64,000 bases of DNA. It comes from Rhizophagus irregularis. Taxonomy: Eukaryota. Below are positions 24,060 to 38,019 of the stretch, piece by piece. The stretch spans positions 1,674,001 to 1,738,000 of the forward strand of contig NC_089435.1 of the NCBI RefSeq assembly GCF_026210795.1, given 5' to 3'. How positions within the stretch are numbered: position 1 is the first letter of the stretch; each line of letters opens with the position of its first letter. Both the position numbers and the translations under genes were made by a program. The notes beneath the pieces are model-generated. The model made no database searches. It had not been told where the DNA came from and was given only the letters and a program-made list of their open reading frames with translations.

Positions 24060-25760
24060 AAAATGGATAACGTGAAATTCCGTAAACATTGTTCACCGGA
24101 GAAGAATAAACTGTATGCTGATTTTTACGAAGTTGAGGCCACATACGACAGAGAGAAGTTGTCCACAATGTTGATAGTGCAAGACAACAATGCTCGTGGC
24201 TATAGAGCGTTTAACTCTTGTGAAGATTTTTAGGAATATAATGGAACTGTGCCTGAACATCATCGTTGTTTTCCTGAGGGGTTACCCGGTCACCTAAAAT
24301 ACAAGTAGATTTCTCTTCACGGTCGGAGATTCCAAGGAATGTGATCGTTGAAATTCTTGACAGAATGTTGATAGAGTTTCGTGCTAGTTTCAGTGACCGA
24401 AGAGATACACCCAAGAGTCTCAAGGATCTCGTGGTTATGGACGCAATACTCTTGATTTTTTGTCTTACAGTTACCATTTTCAACCTATCTCCTTTTAGGT
24501 AGCCTATTCAATGTGTCCGAACCATAGGTTCCACCCAGTATAAGCAGTCCCTTCACAAGAAAATCTCTCCTCTTAATCGGTCCTTAGGTACGGCAGTTGA
24601 TGTCCACAGAAATGATCTGTTCGTTAACAGACTTTCGGCTACAGATCACGATGACAATGCTCTAGCAAAAGCAAACGAGAGTACGAAAATAGATTGTGTT
24701 CCACCTAATACATCTATTCATGGTCCCCTTCAGATTCATGGTACTACGGACATTACATTAAGGATGCTAGCTGTGTAGTCAGTTTTATTCAACCTGAAAC
24801 TGTTAACGACAACTAATACAGATATTGGTCAACAGATAGTCCATGAGAAACAGTCGGCCATTTTACGATAACGAAAAATACATCATCACTTCGTGATCAC
24901 AGCTCAGAAATGGCGAACATTTTGTCACATAACACAGGTAATTACTCCAAAGATATTATTACTGCTCCGTCTAATTTCCCGAAAGAAAATCCCTTTGCAG
25001 GGAGAAAAAATTCTTTTCCATAATAACCAGGATCTTTCCGTTCTCTCTACTTCTCCATCATCTTCCACAGGAGATAACGCTTCGGACGTTTTAACAGAAA
25101 AAATAAGGGACGTTATCACAAAATATATCCATAGTTGTACCAGAGCGAGTTCAAGAATATCTTTCACGGAAAAAAATCTCCAACTCATGTGAGTAGACAT
25201 AGGATCAAACATCAAGACATTTATGGTGGAACGATAGCATGTGGTGGGAGATGGTTAAAAAATTTCACAAGAGACGAAAAGTGACTGCGTTAGACACGAA
25301 TGATGATTTCATGATACACTTATCCGGACAAGCCTAGGAAAATTGTTTGCAATATATCCATAACCAGAGAAAATTAATTAATCGGAGAAAAGGAGTGAAC
25401 ATTCTAAACTCAAAGGTGTCAAAGATCAGCGATAATAGTGGGTTATCCCGCATCATCATACGAGACAATTGCAACATCACACGTAGTTCTCATATAATTG
25501 GATGCCATTTATGGACGGAGTATTGTACTACTACATGTGGTAATTACCTTGCGGAAAAACTGTTGCTCAATATTATTCGGCTGGTGGAACACGAATACTG
25601 GAATGTATGCAGGAGATGTTTAGGGATCTCAATGACATCGCACCTTTGGTGGTTTCACTGATTCGTGAAAAGTATTAGCGAGAATTGCAATCGATCAAGA
25701 ATATATCATCTGAAGCGTTTACAACTTCTGTATGATAATGTTGGTAGGTTCATAATTCTT
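24060..25760 (+). pseudogene. Decayed virus-like primase/origin-binding helicase gene remnant
   Basis: Higher-GC intronless region. Fragments such as GYRAFNSCEDF*EYNGTVPEHHRCFPE and SSRISFT recall PrimPol/UL9-like genes; many stops. Based on recall only. Confidence 0.3.
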
Positions 25761-27163
25761 CTTGAGTAATGTAATTGTGGTATGGTGTTCTAATTTGTTA
25801 TTGCGTGTTACTTTTTTGTCTTAACTAAAAACATAATGAGTCATTACTAAATAGACAATACTTTCCTAGGCGAAGCCTATATTTATTTTGTTTGAGTAGT
25901 ACATGGCACTGCGAAACCTCAAACCCTTTCATGATCAATCAAAACAATAATCTTTTCAATGATCATTTTGTCTTATATCAAAGAGAACAGAAGTATGAGT
26001 AACACAGGAAATTTTCAACAAGTAATATTGAAATTATACAAACGTTAGCCGGTATGTATATTCATTTTTTTTTGAACGATACGAACTTCTTGTAGTTTTA
26101 CGTTTGTGTCAAAAAAATGTTATAATAGTCACAACAACAAGCTAGAAGATAATCAAAATTTTGAAAACGCAATGGATTTCCATGTTTGAAACATCTCCAA
26201 ATTGATATTTAACTTATTTCTGTAGTCAATAAGGTTTACAATTTTCTTGAATAATGCCGTATAAGTGAAATCCAAATGAAATAACAAAGTTGAAATGGTC
26301 AGAAAAATTCCATGGTCGAAATACGAAACCGAAATGAATGAATTTTGATAGGAAACTAGAGTCATACCAGTGGCCGGCCCTTACTAAGAGTATGATATAT
26401 ACCATATATACCATAAACTTTAACACTTATTTGTGAATATCCAAAATAAAAATGATTCAATAAAATTTATTTCACATGATTAAAAACATCGATATTTCAA
26501 ATCAAACTTGGACGATCCTATGTCCACAAATTTTTTTTTTTTAATAAATCAATTCGTGTAATATATATAATTTTTTTTAATAATATAATATATATTTTAA
26601 TAAGTAAATTCGTATACTTAATAATTTAATGTTTTTTAATATTTAATATATAAATTTAATAAATTCGGGTATATATTTTTTTTCAGATATATATTTTTAA
26701 TAGAATTTTTTTTTTAATAAAATTCAGATATATATTTATAGTACATGTATATATTTATATTTTGATCGGGTTCATTTAAGAACGTTTAAATTCTTTCATA
26801 TATTTAACTTCCTTCAACTCTTATAAATTATAATTAATCGCGAATAATAAATATTTCCTTGATGTTAATATATGGTATATGGTTAGCTCTCGGATTTTTG
26901 ATCAACCAATTCGGATCATGTTGCAGATCATGATCAATTTTTTTTTTTCTATATAAACGACCATTGTTCGCAATATTGATATCGTTTATCATTTTTTTTT
27001 TAAAAAAAAAAATCCTCGATATCAATATCTCAATATCAATATTATAAAATGCTCCCGTTAACTATATAGCGTGATCTGTATATGGTGTCAACGTATTATG
27101 AGGGTCGTAGAGGGTCGAAATGACGAAACGTATTACAAGGGTCAAAACGTCAAGCTTGCTCTC

Positions 27164-27781
27164 ATGTTTTCTGAGGCCTATCTGTATGGCAACAATGATG
27201 ATACAAATTTACTCAGGGTTACAAGACTAATAAGGGTAATATCCTAACGGGGGATGATGGAATTGATTTAGTTGGGGAGCACAGGGGAGTAAAATTCGTT
27301 GTTCAATACAAGAATTTTACCCACAACAAAGTAAATAGCTCCCTCGTTAGAGATTTCATTGTATGTATATTTATGATTATTTAGAATTAAATCTTATATG
27401 ACCTCAACTAACTAAAGTCAATAATTATTCAGGGAGGATTGTTAAAATATACTCCAGATACCCTTGGCATTTTCGTTGCACCATCTGGATATACGCAGTC
27501 ATCACTTGAGTTGGCGGAAAGTGCTGATTACGATATTTTTACTACTTAATACATCAAATTTAATTAAAAAGTTTACTCTATATGTAAATAAAAGAGTAAA
27601 GAAGCGCTCAAGTGATGACTGTGATACAATTACGATCGAAAATGCCGAAGTTGATAATATTGAAGTTGAAGAGGGCTCCACTTTGTCCCTATTTGGAATT
27701 GAAGTAAAGGGCAAAGTGTCCCTAAGTAATATAAAATTTAAGAACATAACCATTAAGAAAAGAAAGTTAGAAGATAATTAA
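27164..27781 (+). pseudogene. Mrr-like PD-(D/E)XK endonuclease pseudogene; intron 27361-27432
   Basis: The spliced frame reads DDGIDLVGEHRGVKFVVQYKNFTHNKVNSSLVRDFI|GGLLKYTPDTLGIFVAPSGYTQ, matching the Mrr_cat D-G-x-D...Q-x-K...V-R...G-I-F-V..S-G-[FY]-T pattern. There are stops upstream and a frameshift near 27545. Confidence 0.65.
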
Positions 27782-27981
27782 AAAACTTTTCCTTCATATC
27801 CCCCTTTCCCTTGTGCTCCCCTTTCCTTTTCATTTTTTCCCTTTCTAAAAGTTAAACAATAAAAATATTCTTTATTGATGTTACTTTTTTTGTTAAAATT
27901 GTTGGAAGTAGATGTTTGAGTAAAAAAAATATATTACGAAATTTTTTAAAACTTTAATACAAAATACAAAATATTGTACAA

Positions 27982-28450
27982 TTTATTTTTATTTTTATTT
28001 TTATTTCACAAAGTATACAAAGTCAAAGTACAAATTATAGGGACAAGTTAAAAAAAATGCCAAAAATAATTCTAACACTAACGACCAAATCGCACCTTGG
28101 CCTTGAAAACAATAGGAGACGGAGGTACTATTCCGAGAACACCGCCAGGACCCATGCAAGTCCGAGGAAAGAAAAGAAAGGGTGATAATAAAAATGATTA
28201 ATTTAAATTAACAGAACGAAAAATTGAAAAATAAAGAAAATAATTCTGTATTATCAAATAATAAACTATCTCTATTGGATTCCCAAGAACTAGCGCGTAA
28301 AAAATTGGCAGTAACTGCTATACTAAACCTAGTTTCGTCTGACTTTTGGACGAAACCTTTTAGTATTATTGTTTGCATCATTAATCAGATTACATCTTTC
28401 TATATTTAAGTAACGAAGAACCTTTTTGGATTTTACGATAAATTTATTAA
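27982..28450 (-). mobile_element. 5'-truncated LINE 3' fragment
   Basis: (TAAAAA)n tail at about 27982-28005. The minus strand encodes TANFLRASSWESNRDSLLF, similar to LINE ORF2 C-termini I recall from these fungi. Confidence 0.4.
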
Positions 28451-28726
28451 ATCAAAATATAAAATATTAAAAATATTAAAATAATAATTAGATGAATATA
28501 AAAATATATATATTTAATAAAAAACAATGATAAAAAAAGTATAAAAAAAAATAATAAAAAAGTATAAAAAACAATAATAAAAAATATAAAAAACAACAAT
28601 AATAATATAAAATAATAATAATAAAAAATATAATAAAAAAATTATAATAAAAAAATATAAATAATAATAATAATAATAATAAAAATAGTAATAAAAAATA
28701 AAATAAAAGAATATATAAAAAAAAAA

Positions 28727-29340
28727 TTAAGGCCGTTGATGTGTAGTGTTCCTACGTCGCCTCACTCGCCTGCGACTGTCACGGTTCTCTAAGAAATATA
28801 AATAAATTTAGATTTAAATATAAATAATATAAATTAAAAAAATTCTTGATAATTACCACCAGGTCTGTCCCAAAACCTTGTGCGAAACATTCTGTAATAT
28901 CTTTCCCCAATCCGGGACCACCTTCTATTTGGCGCACCATTTCTCCATTCACAGAATTCCTAAAAATGTTAATATTATTAATTTTTTTTTTAATTTGTTT
29001 TTTTATGGTTTTATTATTATTTTACTAACATTAAAACTCCTAACCAAGCTTCTCCACTTTCTTTCGACTTGTTGCGCTGTGAATCTAATATTATATCTTC
29101 TCCGAATTCTTCGGGCTGCGCCTGCCCAGAATTCAGAGCGATTTCTTCTGGGCATATTATGAAAGTAATCATTGTTCCTCCTTTACATTATTTATTTAAT
29201 TTTTAGATCAGAAAATAACGTAAGACAACTAAAAAAACAACTAGAATAAGATCGAAGTTATTTTATTAGTTTTCATTTATTTTTTACCTTCTGTATCTGA
29301 TTAGATACTCTGTTACTGCATCAGTCCAATATGCGGGCAT
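28727..29340 (-). CDS. 122-aa Myb/SANT-like (trihelix) DNA-binding protein, 4 exons
   Basis: Exons 29340-29288, 29180-29030, 28959-28857 and 28788-28727 total 369 nt and are open: MPAYWTDAVTEYLIRYRRRNNDYF...EFWAGAARRIRRRYNIRFTAQQVERKWRSLV... The W..FW..KW spacing fits Myb/SANT-like domains. Confidence 0.7.
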
Positions 29341-30525
29341 TTTAGGAAAAAAATATATAATAAAAAAAAACAACACCAAATTTGACTATAGAAAAATCTT
29401 TAAGTAATGATATAAAATGGCGTTTATTAAGAAAAATAAAAGATGAAACCTCGTTTTTATAAACAATTTTTTATCTAATATATTAATTATCCTTTCAAAT
29501 ACATTTCCGGAAATTTACATTGACATCAAGATAAAAAGTCAAATCTAAAAAAGGTAAAAATCTAATAATAACACAGATAAAACAGACTGCGTGAACAATT
29601 ACAATTTACAATTACAAATAAAACAGTTACGGATCCTACAATACAATACACAAAAGATAAAATCTAATAATTACAGACCTACAATCATCACAATTTACTC
29701 CTAACAGAAGTCACGTGATTACGCGTTAAAGAAGTTTTTCCGGTAACAAATTTTTTCTTCTTGAATGGATGCTGGGAATCCTGGACTGGACGAACTCCTC
29801 CCTAACCAACCGTCTTTTATGGCGAAACTGCTTTTTGCTTAGTGTTTAATATGGGAGTTTAAATAAATATATCCTTGAAACCAAACTAAATCTATAGAAC
29901 ATTTCTGACGATTTATTTTCGGTATTTTTTAATAATTAAATATGAATTGTTATGATTGTTATAATTATTTTAAATTAAAAATATCGAATTAAGATCCAAT
30001 ATGAGAATTATTTTTATCCCTAAATTACTTCAATTTTTATCTCAAAAGTTTTTAATAGATATAAATTAATTGTTTAGCTTATCATTTTTACAATAAAGTT
30101 ATTTATAGCATGATCAATTATATGAACAAATTTAAACTTTTAATATGATAAATAATTTTATAAATGAATGGGTACAAATAAATTACGAAAAATAATTAAT
30201 TTATTATTTATATTTGAATATAAAAGACGAAAAAAAAAATGTAATAATAAATAATAGATAAAGATAAATATAAAATAAAAATTAATAATTATATAAATAA
30301 ATTTATATTATAACAGATAATATACTTAAATTATATATATGACTTATCGTAGTATAGTACGTAAAATAATGGTATCCAGACTTTTCGCCAAAGTCCATTT
30401 CAGTGAAAGGACATTTCGCTAAAGGTATGGAATTTTTTAATTTTTCTTTTCTTTTTTGGAGTTATACATTGTATTACGCGTTTGTTTTTATGTATTTAGA
30501 TTTATAAATTTCTAATTGTATTAAT

Positions 30526-31374
30526 TAGGGATTGGAATCGATTCTCAAAATGAGAATCGATTTAAGAATCGATTAATCGCGATTAATCGAATCTCAAGAT
30601 TCGGTTCTAAGATTCGACTTTCGATTTCGATTAAATCGATTCTAATCGATTCTATGCGTCATAAAAAAAAATTTGATCATCATTCGTAATTAAATTTGTG
30701 GCGCAACAATTTTAATAGGCGAAAAATCTATTTTTTTTTACAGTAATTTTGCTTGGACGTTGCTAAATCTAACTGTTGGCGCTTAATTTTTGGCCAGAAT
30801 TATATAACCTATTTGACCTTTTTAGTTACAAGGTGGTATAAATCACTAAAATCTATTTCGTAATGGTTAAAAGTGGACTAAAAATGGTATGAAGTTTGAT
30901 ATACTTAATTGATGGATATTTGACCACTTTTAGGGTCATTTGGATCACTTTTAACCATCAACTAAGGTAGTTGATGGTAACATTTGACCACTTTTAGGTC
31001 ATTTAGAACACTTTCAACAATTAACTAAAAAGTCAAACTTTTTATTAGGTTATACAATTAACTCCGGCCAAATTATAATTCCGGCTGAAATTAAGCGGTA
31101 AGAATCACCTGCGGTGAGATTTAGCAATGCCCTAGCCTATTTATTTTATGTTTAATTAATATATAAATTAAAGTAATTTTACTATTCAATAACTAAAGGA
31201 AATAAATTAATTTATATAAAAATAATAAAAAATAAATTAATTAAATAAAAAAAATATTAAAGGCGAATTACTGCGCCACAATAAAGATTCGATTTTTTAA
31301 TTCGATTTTCGATTAATCGATTTAGATTCGATTTTCGATTAATTCGATTTTGCTAGAATCGATTCCATTCTCTA
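30526..31374. mobile_element. hAT-family MITE
   Basis: TIRs TAGGGATTGGAATCGATTCT and AGAATCGATTCCATTCTCTA, 8-bp TSD GTATTAAT (30518-30525, 31375-31382), and subterminal AATCGA/TCGATT repeats. Confidence 0.85.
30751..31136. mobile_element. Nested MITE inside the hAT MITE
   Basis: Imperfect TIRs GCTTGGACGTTGCTAAATCT and AGATTTAGCAATGCCCTAGC, with internal GACCACTTTTA repeats; no clear TSD. Confidence 0.55.
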
Positions 31375-31907
31375 GTATTAATTGTATTATAATGAGGTGG
31401 CACAGAGATTTAGTAGGGATTTGGCTATGTGAAAATTGAAAATATCCTTCAATTCTAAGATATAACATTGTTATATAGATATACTCAATTACTCATGCAT
31501 GTTGTATTGATCTGTATTGTTTATTTTCGGTATTTTAACAATTAAATATGAATTATTATAATTTTTATAATTATTTTCTAAAAATAAAATAAATTAAAAA
31601 TAACGTAATCACACGCTCAAATCGAATTAAGATCCAATATTATTGCTTGCATTTGAAATTGTTTTTTTGATTGGCTCGAAGTTTTCCCTTCTTTATGTTT
31701 AATGATTTAATCGATTTACATGAACAATGATAAAGATTGTATTATTTTTATCCCAAAATTACTTCTTTTTATTTCTAAAGTTTTTAATAGGTGCAATTGC
31801 ATGTTACAGATGATGCTTTTGTGCGCCTGGGTATATATTAGTTTGCTCAGTTTTATTTTAGATAGATTACTATGCCATATGATCACGTGACATTTTGGAC
31901 TGTGCCT

Positions 31908-32222
31908 GACGACCATAGCGTCGCCTCCAAAAAATGGTAGCCGGATTATTTTGCCGGTTCTTTAGTGTTAGGGTTGGGATTAGGGTTGGGATTAGGGTAA
32001 GGGGATTAGGATTAGGATTAGGGTAAGGGATTAGGGTTAGGAATTCGTCACATAATGTCACACCCTAACGTTTCTTTAATTTTATAATCATTCTGAGGAC
32101 TTAGAAAATTTTTTATACGTAAAGTACTAAATGTCACGTATTATTTATCACCTCTCAATAATATATGTAACCCGGCAAATTAGAACCGGCTACCATTTTT
32201 TGGAGGCGACGCTAGGGTGGTT
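31908..32222. mobile_element. Mutator-like MITE containing telomere-like repeats
   Basis: TIR core TAGCGTCGCCTCCAAAAAATGGTAGCCGG (perfect 29 bp), 10-bp TSD GACTGTGCCT (31898-31907, 32223-32232), and degenerate TTAGGG repeats at about 31967-32041. Confidence 0.85.
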
Positions 32223-34049
32223 GACTGTGCCTCATCTTCCCCAGTAACACCATCAAAAAAAGCTCGGGCATGTGATTTTTGGGCATGTGATTTTGTTACA
32301 TACGGCGCAGTTTGTGGCAATATTTATCGCGTATTTAAGCTATTATTTAAGCTTTCCTTTCTTTTCGCGTCTACATTACCAATACCAAAGAATACAAATT
32401 TTTTTTTTAAAAAAAAAAATTATAAATTTAATAATTATACAAATAAAACAATTACGGATCTACAATACGATACATAAAGTTCTTGAGCGAACGAGTTCTA
32501 TAATATTATACAAATCAAACCAATCAGATTTCGGGGTCGAATGTGTTTTTTTAGAAATACAATAGTTTGTTCAACTTCTATAATCAAAAAAGTATCCCTT
32601 TTTTTCATTCGAAGTAAAAATATGATATACAGTATATAGGGTGATTTTATAGAGGCGTGACTGTATTGGTTCAAATATTACAAATAATATAAAAATTTAT
32701 TATTATTGGATGTAATTTTGATAAATTTAATCATGCATAAATCAAGTGATTAAAGAAAAATTTTTTTTAATTTTTTTTTTTCTTTTATGACAAAATGAAA
32801 AGGGTTTCAAGTTGAATGAATGTAATATTCATTTTTACTAATGCAATGGCATATTATTTTCATCTTATTATATACAAAATATATACGATATGTACGAAAC
32901 TTAAAAAATTTCTTGTGGAATGTAAAAGACCATTTAATCCAATTTCGTCAATATTTTTTTCAATATTTTATTTACATTTTTTATAAATATTTTTTCTTGT
33001 TTGTTAAATTAGAAAAAATTAATTTTTATTTTTTTATTATTATTTTTTTCTTTATAGAAAAAAAAAATGTATGTAAATGAAAAGTATACACTTTTGTTTT
33101 ATTATTTAATACTTTAAGTTTCACTAAAGAAGGGAATTTGATGTATAGAAGAATGAAAAAAGATAAAATTATAAAGATAATTCCGTTTTTTCTTATCTTT
33201 TTCTTATCTTTTTTAATAAAAAAAAAAAACTTGAATGTTTAGATAATATGAGTTATTTATCCAAAAAGGGTTATAAATTAATTGTAAAAGGAAAAATTAC
33301 TTGTTAATTTCAAAGGGAAGTGGAAAAACCTCAATTCCAAAATTTCATAACTAAGTTTTATAAAATTTTATCATATAAATATTTTTATTATTGAATTAAG
33401 TCGAATTAGATAATATTAAATATCATATATATTATAAAATGTAATGCATCATTCGTCTGAATACGTGTCACATAAACTCACATATATTTGTTGAAAAAAA
33501 ATAAATAAACATAGTAAATCAATGATAATTATTGTACAATATAAACCCAAAATTAATTTATAAATATAATTTAAAATGATTTAAATGATTAATTTAATAT
33601 CGGGTTCATCATTATAAATTATGTATTGTAGATGATGATTATAATAAAAAATTTTAAGATGAGATAACGCTTGTGTAATCAATAATTTTATGGGATGGGA
33701 AAGATTTTGTACTAGAATATCTCTTATTATAATTTCTGAAATAAGAAAGAATTATTTTTTATTTAAATAATAATGGATATTACAAAATTATTAAAGATAA
33801 CGTCTTTCTTATCTTTAAATCGTGTTACCATACCTTTGAATAAAATCATTTTTATAATATTTTAATCTTGAAAGAATTCGGATAATAAAAAAAACATTGT
33901 AGGTTACACATGACATTTTTTTTTTTTTACAAACAATATTAGTAGTTATGATGTAATAATTAAAAATAAAATAACGTTTTCTTGTAAAAAAATTCCAAAC
34001 AGTTAATCCTTTACTTTTTTTTTAAAAAAAAAAATTTATTAAATTATGA

Positions 34050-35532
34050 ATGATAATAAATTTTTTACCGAAATTATCTCAAAATTTACTTGATATTTTA
34101 AATGATGAAGAATATTATGATGTTACTATTGAAGTTGGTAACGGCCCTCATATAAAGATATTTCGTGCTCATATGGTTATCTTACATTATCGTTCCACTT
34201 ATTTACGAAGAATTTTGTCTACCAATAAAAATAAAAATGATGGAACTTTGGTTCATATAAAATTATCAAATATTTTACCTGAAATTTTTCAAATAATTTT
34301 GAGGTAAGAGAATTTGAATTTAAATTACAAAATTTAAATCACAAAATGATTATATAATAATGTAATACTTTTTTATTTCAGATATATTTATGGTGGTAGA
34401 ATTTCTTTGGAGGAATATGATACTTCTGATATAATTAACGTCTTGCTTGCTGCGAGTGAACTTGGTCTCCAAGAACTAATCACTTATGCACAATCCTTTT
34501 TAATTAAAACTAAGGCAGATTGGATGGAATCAAATTTTAATTTGATATATCAAACGAGCTTTGAGAATGATTCTTTCTTGGAACTACAAAGATTTTGTAT
34601 TGATTTATCGTCTAAAGAGCCAGATAAAATATTCAATTCACCAAATTTTTCCTCAATTCCAGAAAATCTTTTAGTTTCACTTATTCAAAGTGATAATCTT
34701 CAAATGAGCGAAATTCAAGTATGGGAATATGTGCTTAAATGGGGACTTGTCCAAAGTCCAGAACTCCCTTCTGATACTACAAATTTCTCAAAAGAAGTTT
34801 TCAAAACTTTAAAGAATAATGTGCGTCAATGTATTCCATTTATCAGATTTCATAATTTATCTTCTGAAGAATTTTCGGATAAAGTATTACCTTACAGGAA
34901 GATTTTACCAAAGGATTTATTATATATATGAAGACTTATTAAAATATTTTATGAATCCTAATAAAAAATCAAAACCTCGTATGACTGCTAATGAAATTTA
35001 TATTAATTCCAAAATTATTACAATTCAACATGCTGAATTAATCTCAAAATGGATCGATAGATTAGAAATTACAGATGAGATAAAAAATGTGTACAAATTC
35101 CAATTGTTACTTCGTGGATCTCGTGATGGATTTACAACTAAAAAATTTCATGAAATCTGTGATAATCAAACTAGTACTGTAGCAATTATTAAAGTGAAAT
35201 ATAGTAATGAAATTCTTGGAGGATATAATCCAATTGCATGGGATTCTGATGAATTTGATGATGAACTTGATGAAGGAATTTATGGTACTACTAAAGATAG
35301 CTTTATATTCTCTTTTGAGAATAGTGTCGATATTAAAGTTATATTTTAAGTCGTGTAAAAACTGAAAAATATGCCACGTATAACTATAGTGGTTTTGGTC
35401 CATCATAACGAGGATCTTAATTTGCATGGAGACACCGGTTGTTGTAATGGTGTTGATTATGAAAAGCAGATCAGAGAATCTGCTGATATATTTTATATAG
35501 AAGAATATGAAGTATTTCAACTTATAAACTAA
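34050..35532 (+). pseudogene. BTB/POZ-BACK-TLDc domain gene, frameshifted; intron 34304-34381
   Basis: BTB motifs YDVTIEVG..FRAHMVIL, BACK motif SEIQVWEYVLKWG, TLDc motifs LLLRGSRDGF..FHEICD..ILGGYNP..EEYEVFQ. Frameshifts near 34925 and 35340. Confidence 0.85.
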
Positions 35533-37374
35533 CAATGGTTGAATTTGTAAAAAATTACAATACATTTGATTCTAAACATGCTAGAATTTGGTATGATGTT
35601 ATTTTAATATCTTGAATAAATTTAAAGAACTCTACTTTTGCTTGTTTAATTCAAAATATTTTGAACACAAAATAAGTAGATTTTTATTACATAATCCATA
35701 AATAAAGGAAAAAATATCTTTTTTAAATCATTTTAAGTTACCTCAAAATAAAATGAATTTGCTGAAAAACTTATTCACATCCACATAATATGATTTCATT
35801 GATAGAGATTAAATCAAAAGATGTCTTTAATATCATTTTAAACGGGTTTCTTTAAATTGAAATTGAAATTGAAATATAAGAAAAAAAAAAAGAATTGGTA
35901 TTCATCGTATTCATCGGAAAATTCATAAACGATTACAATTATTTTATAATTAAATTTTTTCTTATTTTAAAATAATTAAAAAATAAAATAGAAATATTAA
36001 ATGAAAATTTTATCAAATTAAATATCGATTTATTCATATAATCTTTTCAAATTTTGAATATCAAGATGATTTATTTAATACTCTACTTGTAAATTCTTAT
36101 TGGGCTTTGGTATTATTGAAAACTTTCTTTTTTCTTTTTCTTGTAATAGAGTTCTCTTAGTATTCTCTCTCATTATAATTATTTTTTTATGATAGGTTAT
36201 AGTCGACGAATTATGGAAGAAACCTACATGGAGATCACCTAATGTCTTTCATTAATTTGTAAATTCATCTACAACTTCTTTTAATTATGATAACTTTGTA
36301 CAACAAATAACATTTACATCATATCCTGAATTTTCTGAAAAATGTAAAATATAAAATATCTTACTTTTATATAGAAATGTTTTTTGAAAAATTGTCCTGG
36401 TTTAATTTATTTTGCAATTTTTAGTCATAAATATTCCTCATTAGGTATTGTATTAAGAATTTAAGATCAATTAGAGATGAAAATGTTCAAGACCCAACAT
36501 CTAGATTTACAGTATCGGAAATCTGAATGGAAACATGATATTTTAAAAGTTATTGGAAGTGGATGTCATTTACTTACAACCTTGATCATTTCTAGTTTAG
36601 TAACAAATACTTTGGCTGGTGAATTCTTTTCCTAATTTAAAAGGTTTACAATTACTGGTGCGAGTTTTACTATTTTAATATCAGGTTTCCCAAAATTAAA
36701 ATTTTATCCTTAGAATTTCCTTATATTAGGTAAGAAATAATATATTATATACATATACATATACATATATATATATATATATAATTATACTGTATATTAA
36801 TATAATAATGGAATCATCATTAATTAAAAATTTCATTCATATTTTATGTTTGAGACAGCTTTAGCTGTAGCAATGGATTTTCCTCCTTTAGAATCTTTTA
36901 ATTTAAGAATTAAATCATATAAAGGTTTTGATCATTTTGTTAGATTATGGGTACAAGGACAATCTTATCTTCAACATATTGAATTTGATACATCTCGTGG
37001 ATTATCAGATGATCCTTTTTTACCTATAGCACAATATTGAAATCTGTGGAATTAAGGTCTAGTACGAATTTAACTGATTCTTCCATAATGCAAAATATAG
37101 AAATATTATTATTATTTTGTCACATTTAGATTACCTGTATAAATTAATTTGAATTGTGTAATATTGAAAGTGTGATATTCTTGCATTCGATCTATTTCGT
37201 ATTTAACATAATTAAGGATTCCTGACTACACTAATACTACACTAATACATTTCCGGTTAATTAAAATTTTAACTGGATTTTTTTTTCATCCGGATAGATT
37301 AATACTAACAAAAAAAAAGTATAATTTTTCTTATTAATTGCATTTTTTTTGTGTTCATTTCCGCTCTCTTAGTT

Positions 37375-37616
37375 ACCGCGACTGCAATTTCAATATGTGT
37401 TGCATTTGCAATGACAATAAACAAATCACAGAGTCAGACATTAGTAAGCAAAATGGGCCTTTATTTACCATAACCAGTTTTCCATATGGCCAGCTATATG
37501 TTCCTTTATCAAGAGTTATATCATATCAGTATATTAAAATTCTTATATTGCATAATGAACAAGAAAACTATCAAACTGAAAACATTGTATATAATAAAAT
37601 ATTTCAAAATATTTAA
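37375..37616 (+). pseudogene. PIF1/Helitron helicase C-terminal fragment
   Basis: Across frames it reads AFAMTINKSQSQTL..MGLYLP*PV..YGQLYVPLSRV, the PIF1 helicase motifs V and VI. Confidence 0.8.
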
Positions 37617-38019
37617 ATAACATATTTTAAATACAATAATTAGATTATTTAATATTGTTGATATAATCTATATCATTCTAATTTAGTTATAGAATAAAAT
37701 CCGATTTACAAAATATCGAGATTTTACTAATAAACTCCGATATATCAAGATTCAAGACTGTTTTAATATAGATGATTTAGTTCCAGAAGAATAATCCGAA
37801 ATAGTGCCAAGATTTATCAAGGATCTGATTTATCAAGATTGCCTGTGTAATACCAATCGTAATTACAAAAGGAAATTTATTGGTTTGCTAGATAGAAATT
37901 TACATATCAGATAACAAACAAAATAAAATAACGCTTATACACTTAATACATTTAATAATGTTATACTAATGTTTATACGGTAATATCAAGAAATCTATAC
38001 TATCTAAACTTTATTGTCG

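Noticed and set aside
31967..32041. True telomere or chromosome fusion point
   Set aside because: The repeats are degenerate and lie inside a TSD-flanked MITE.
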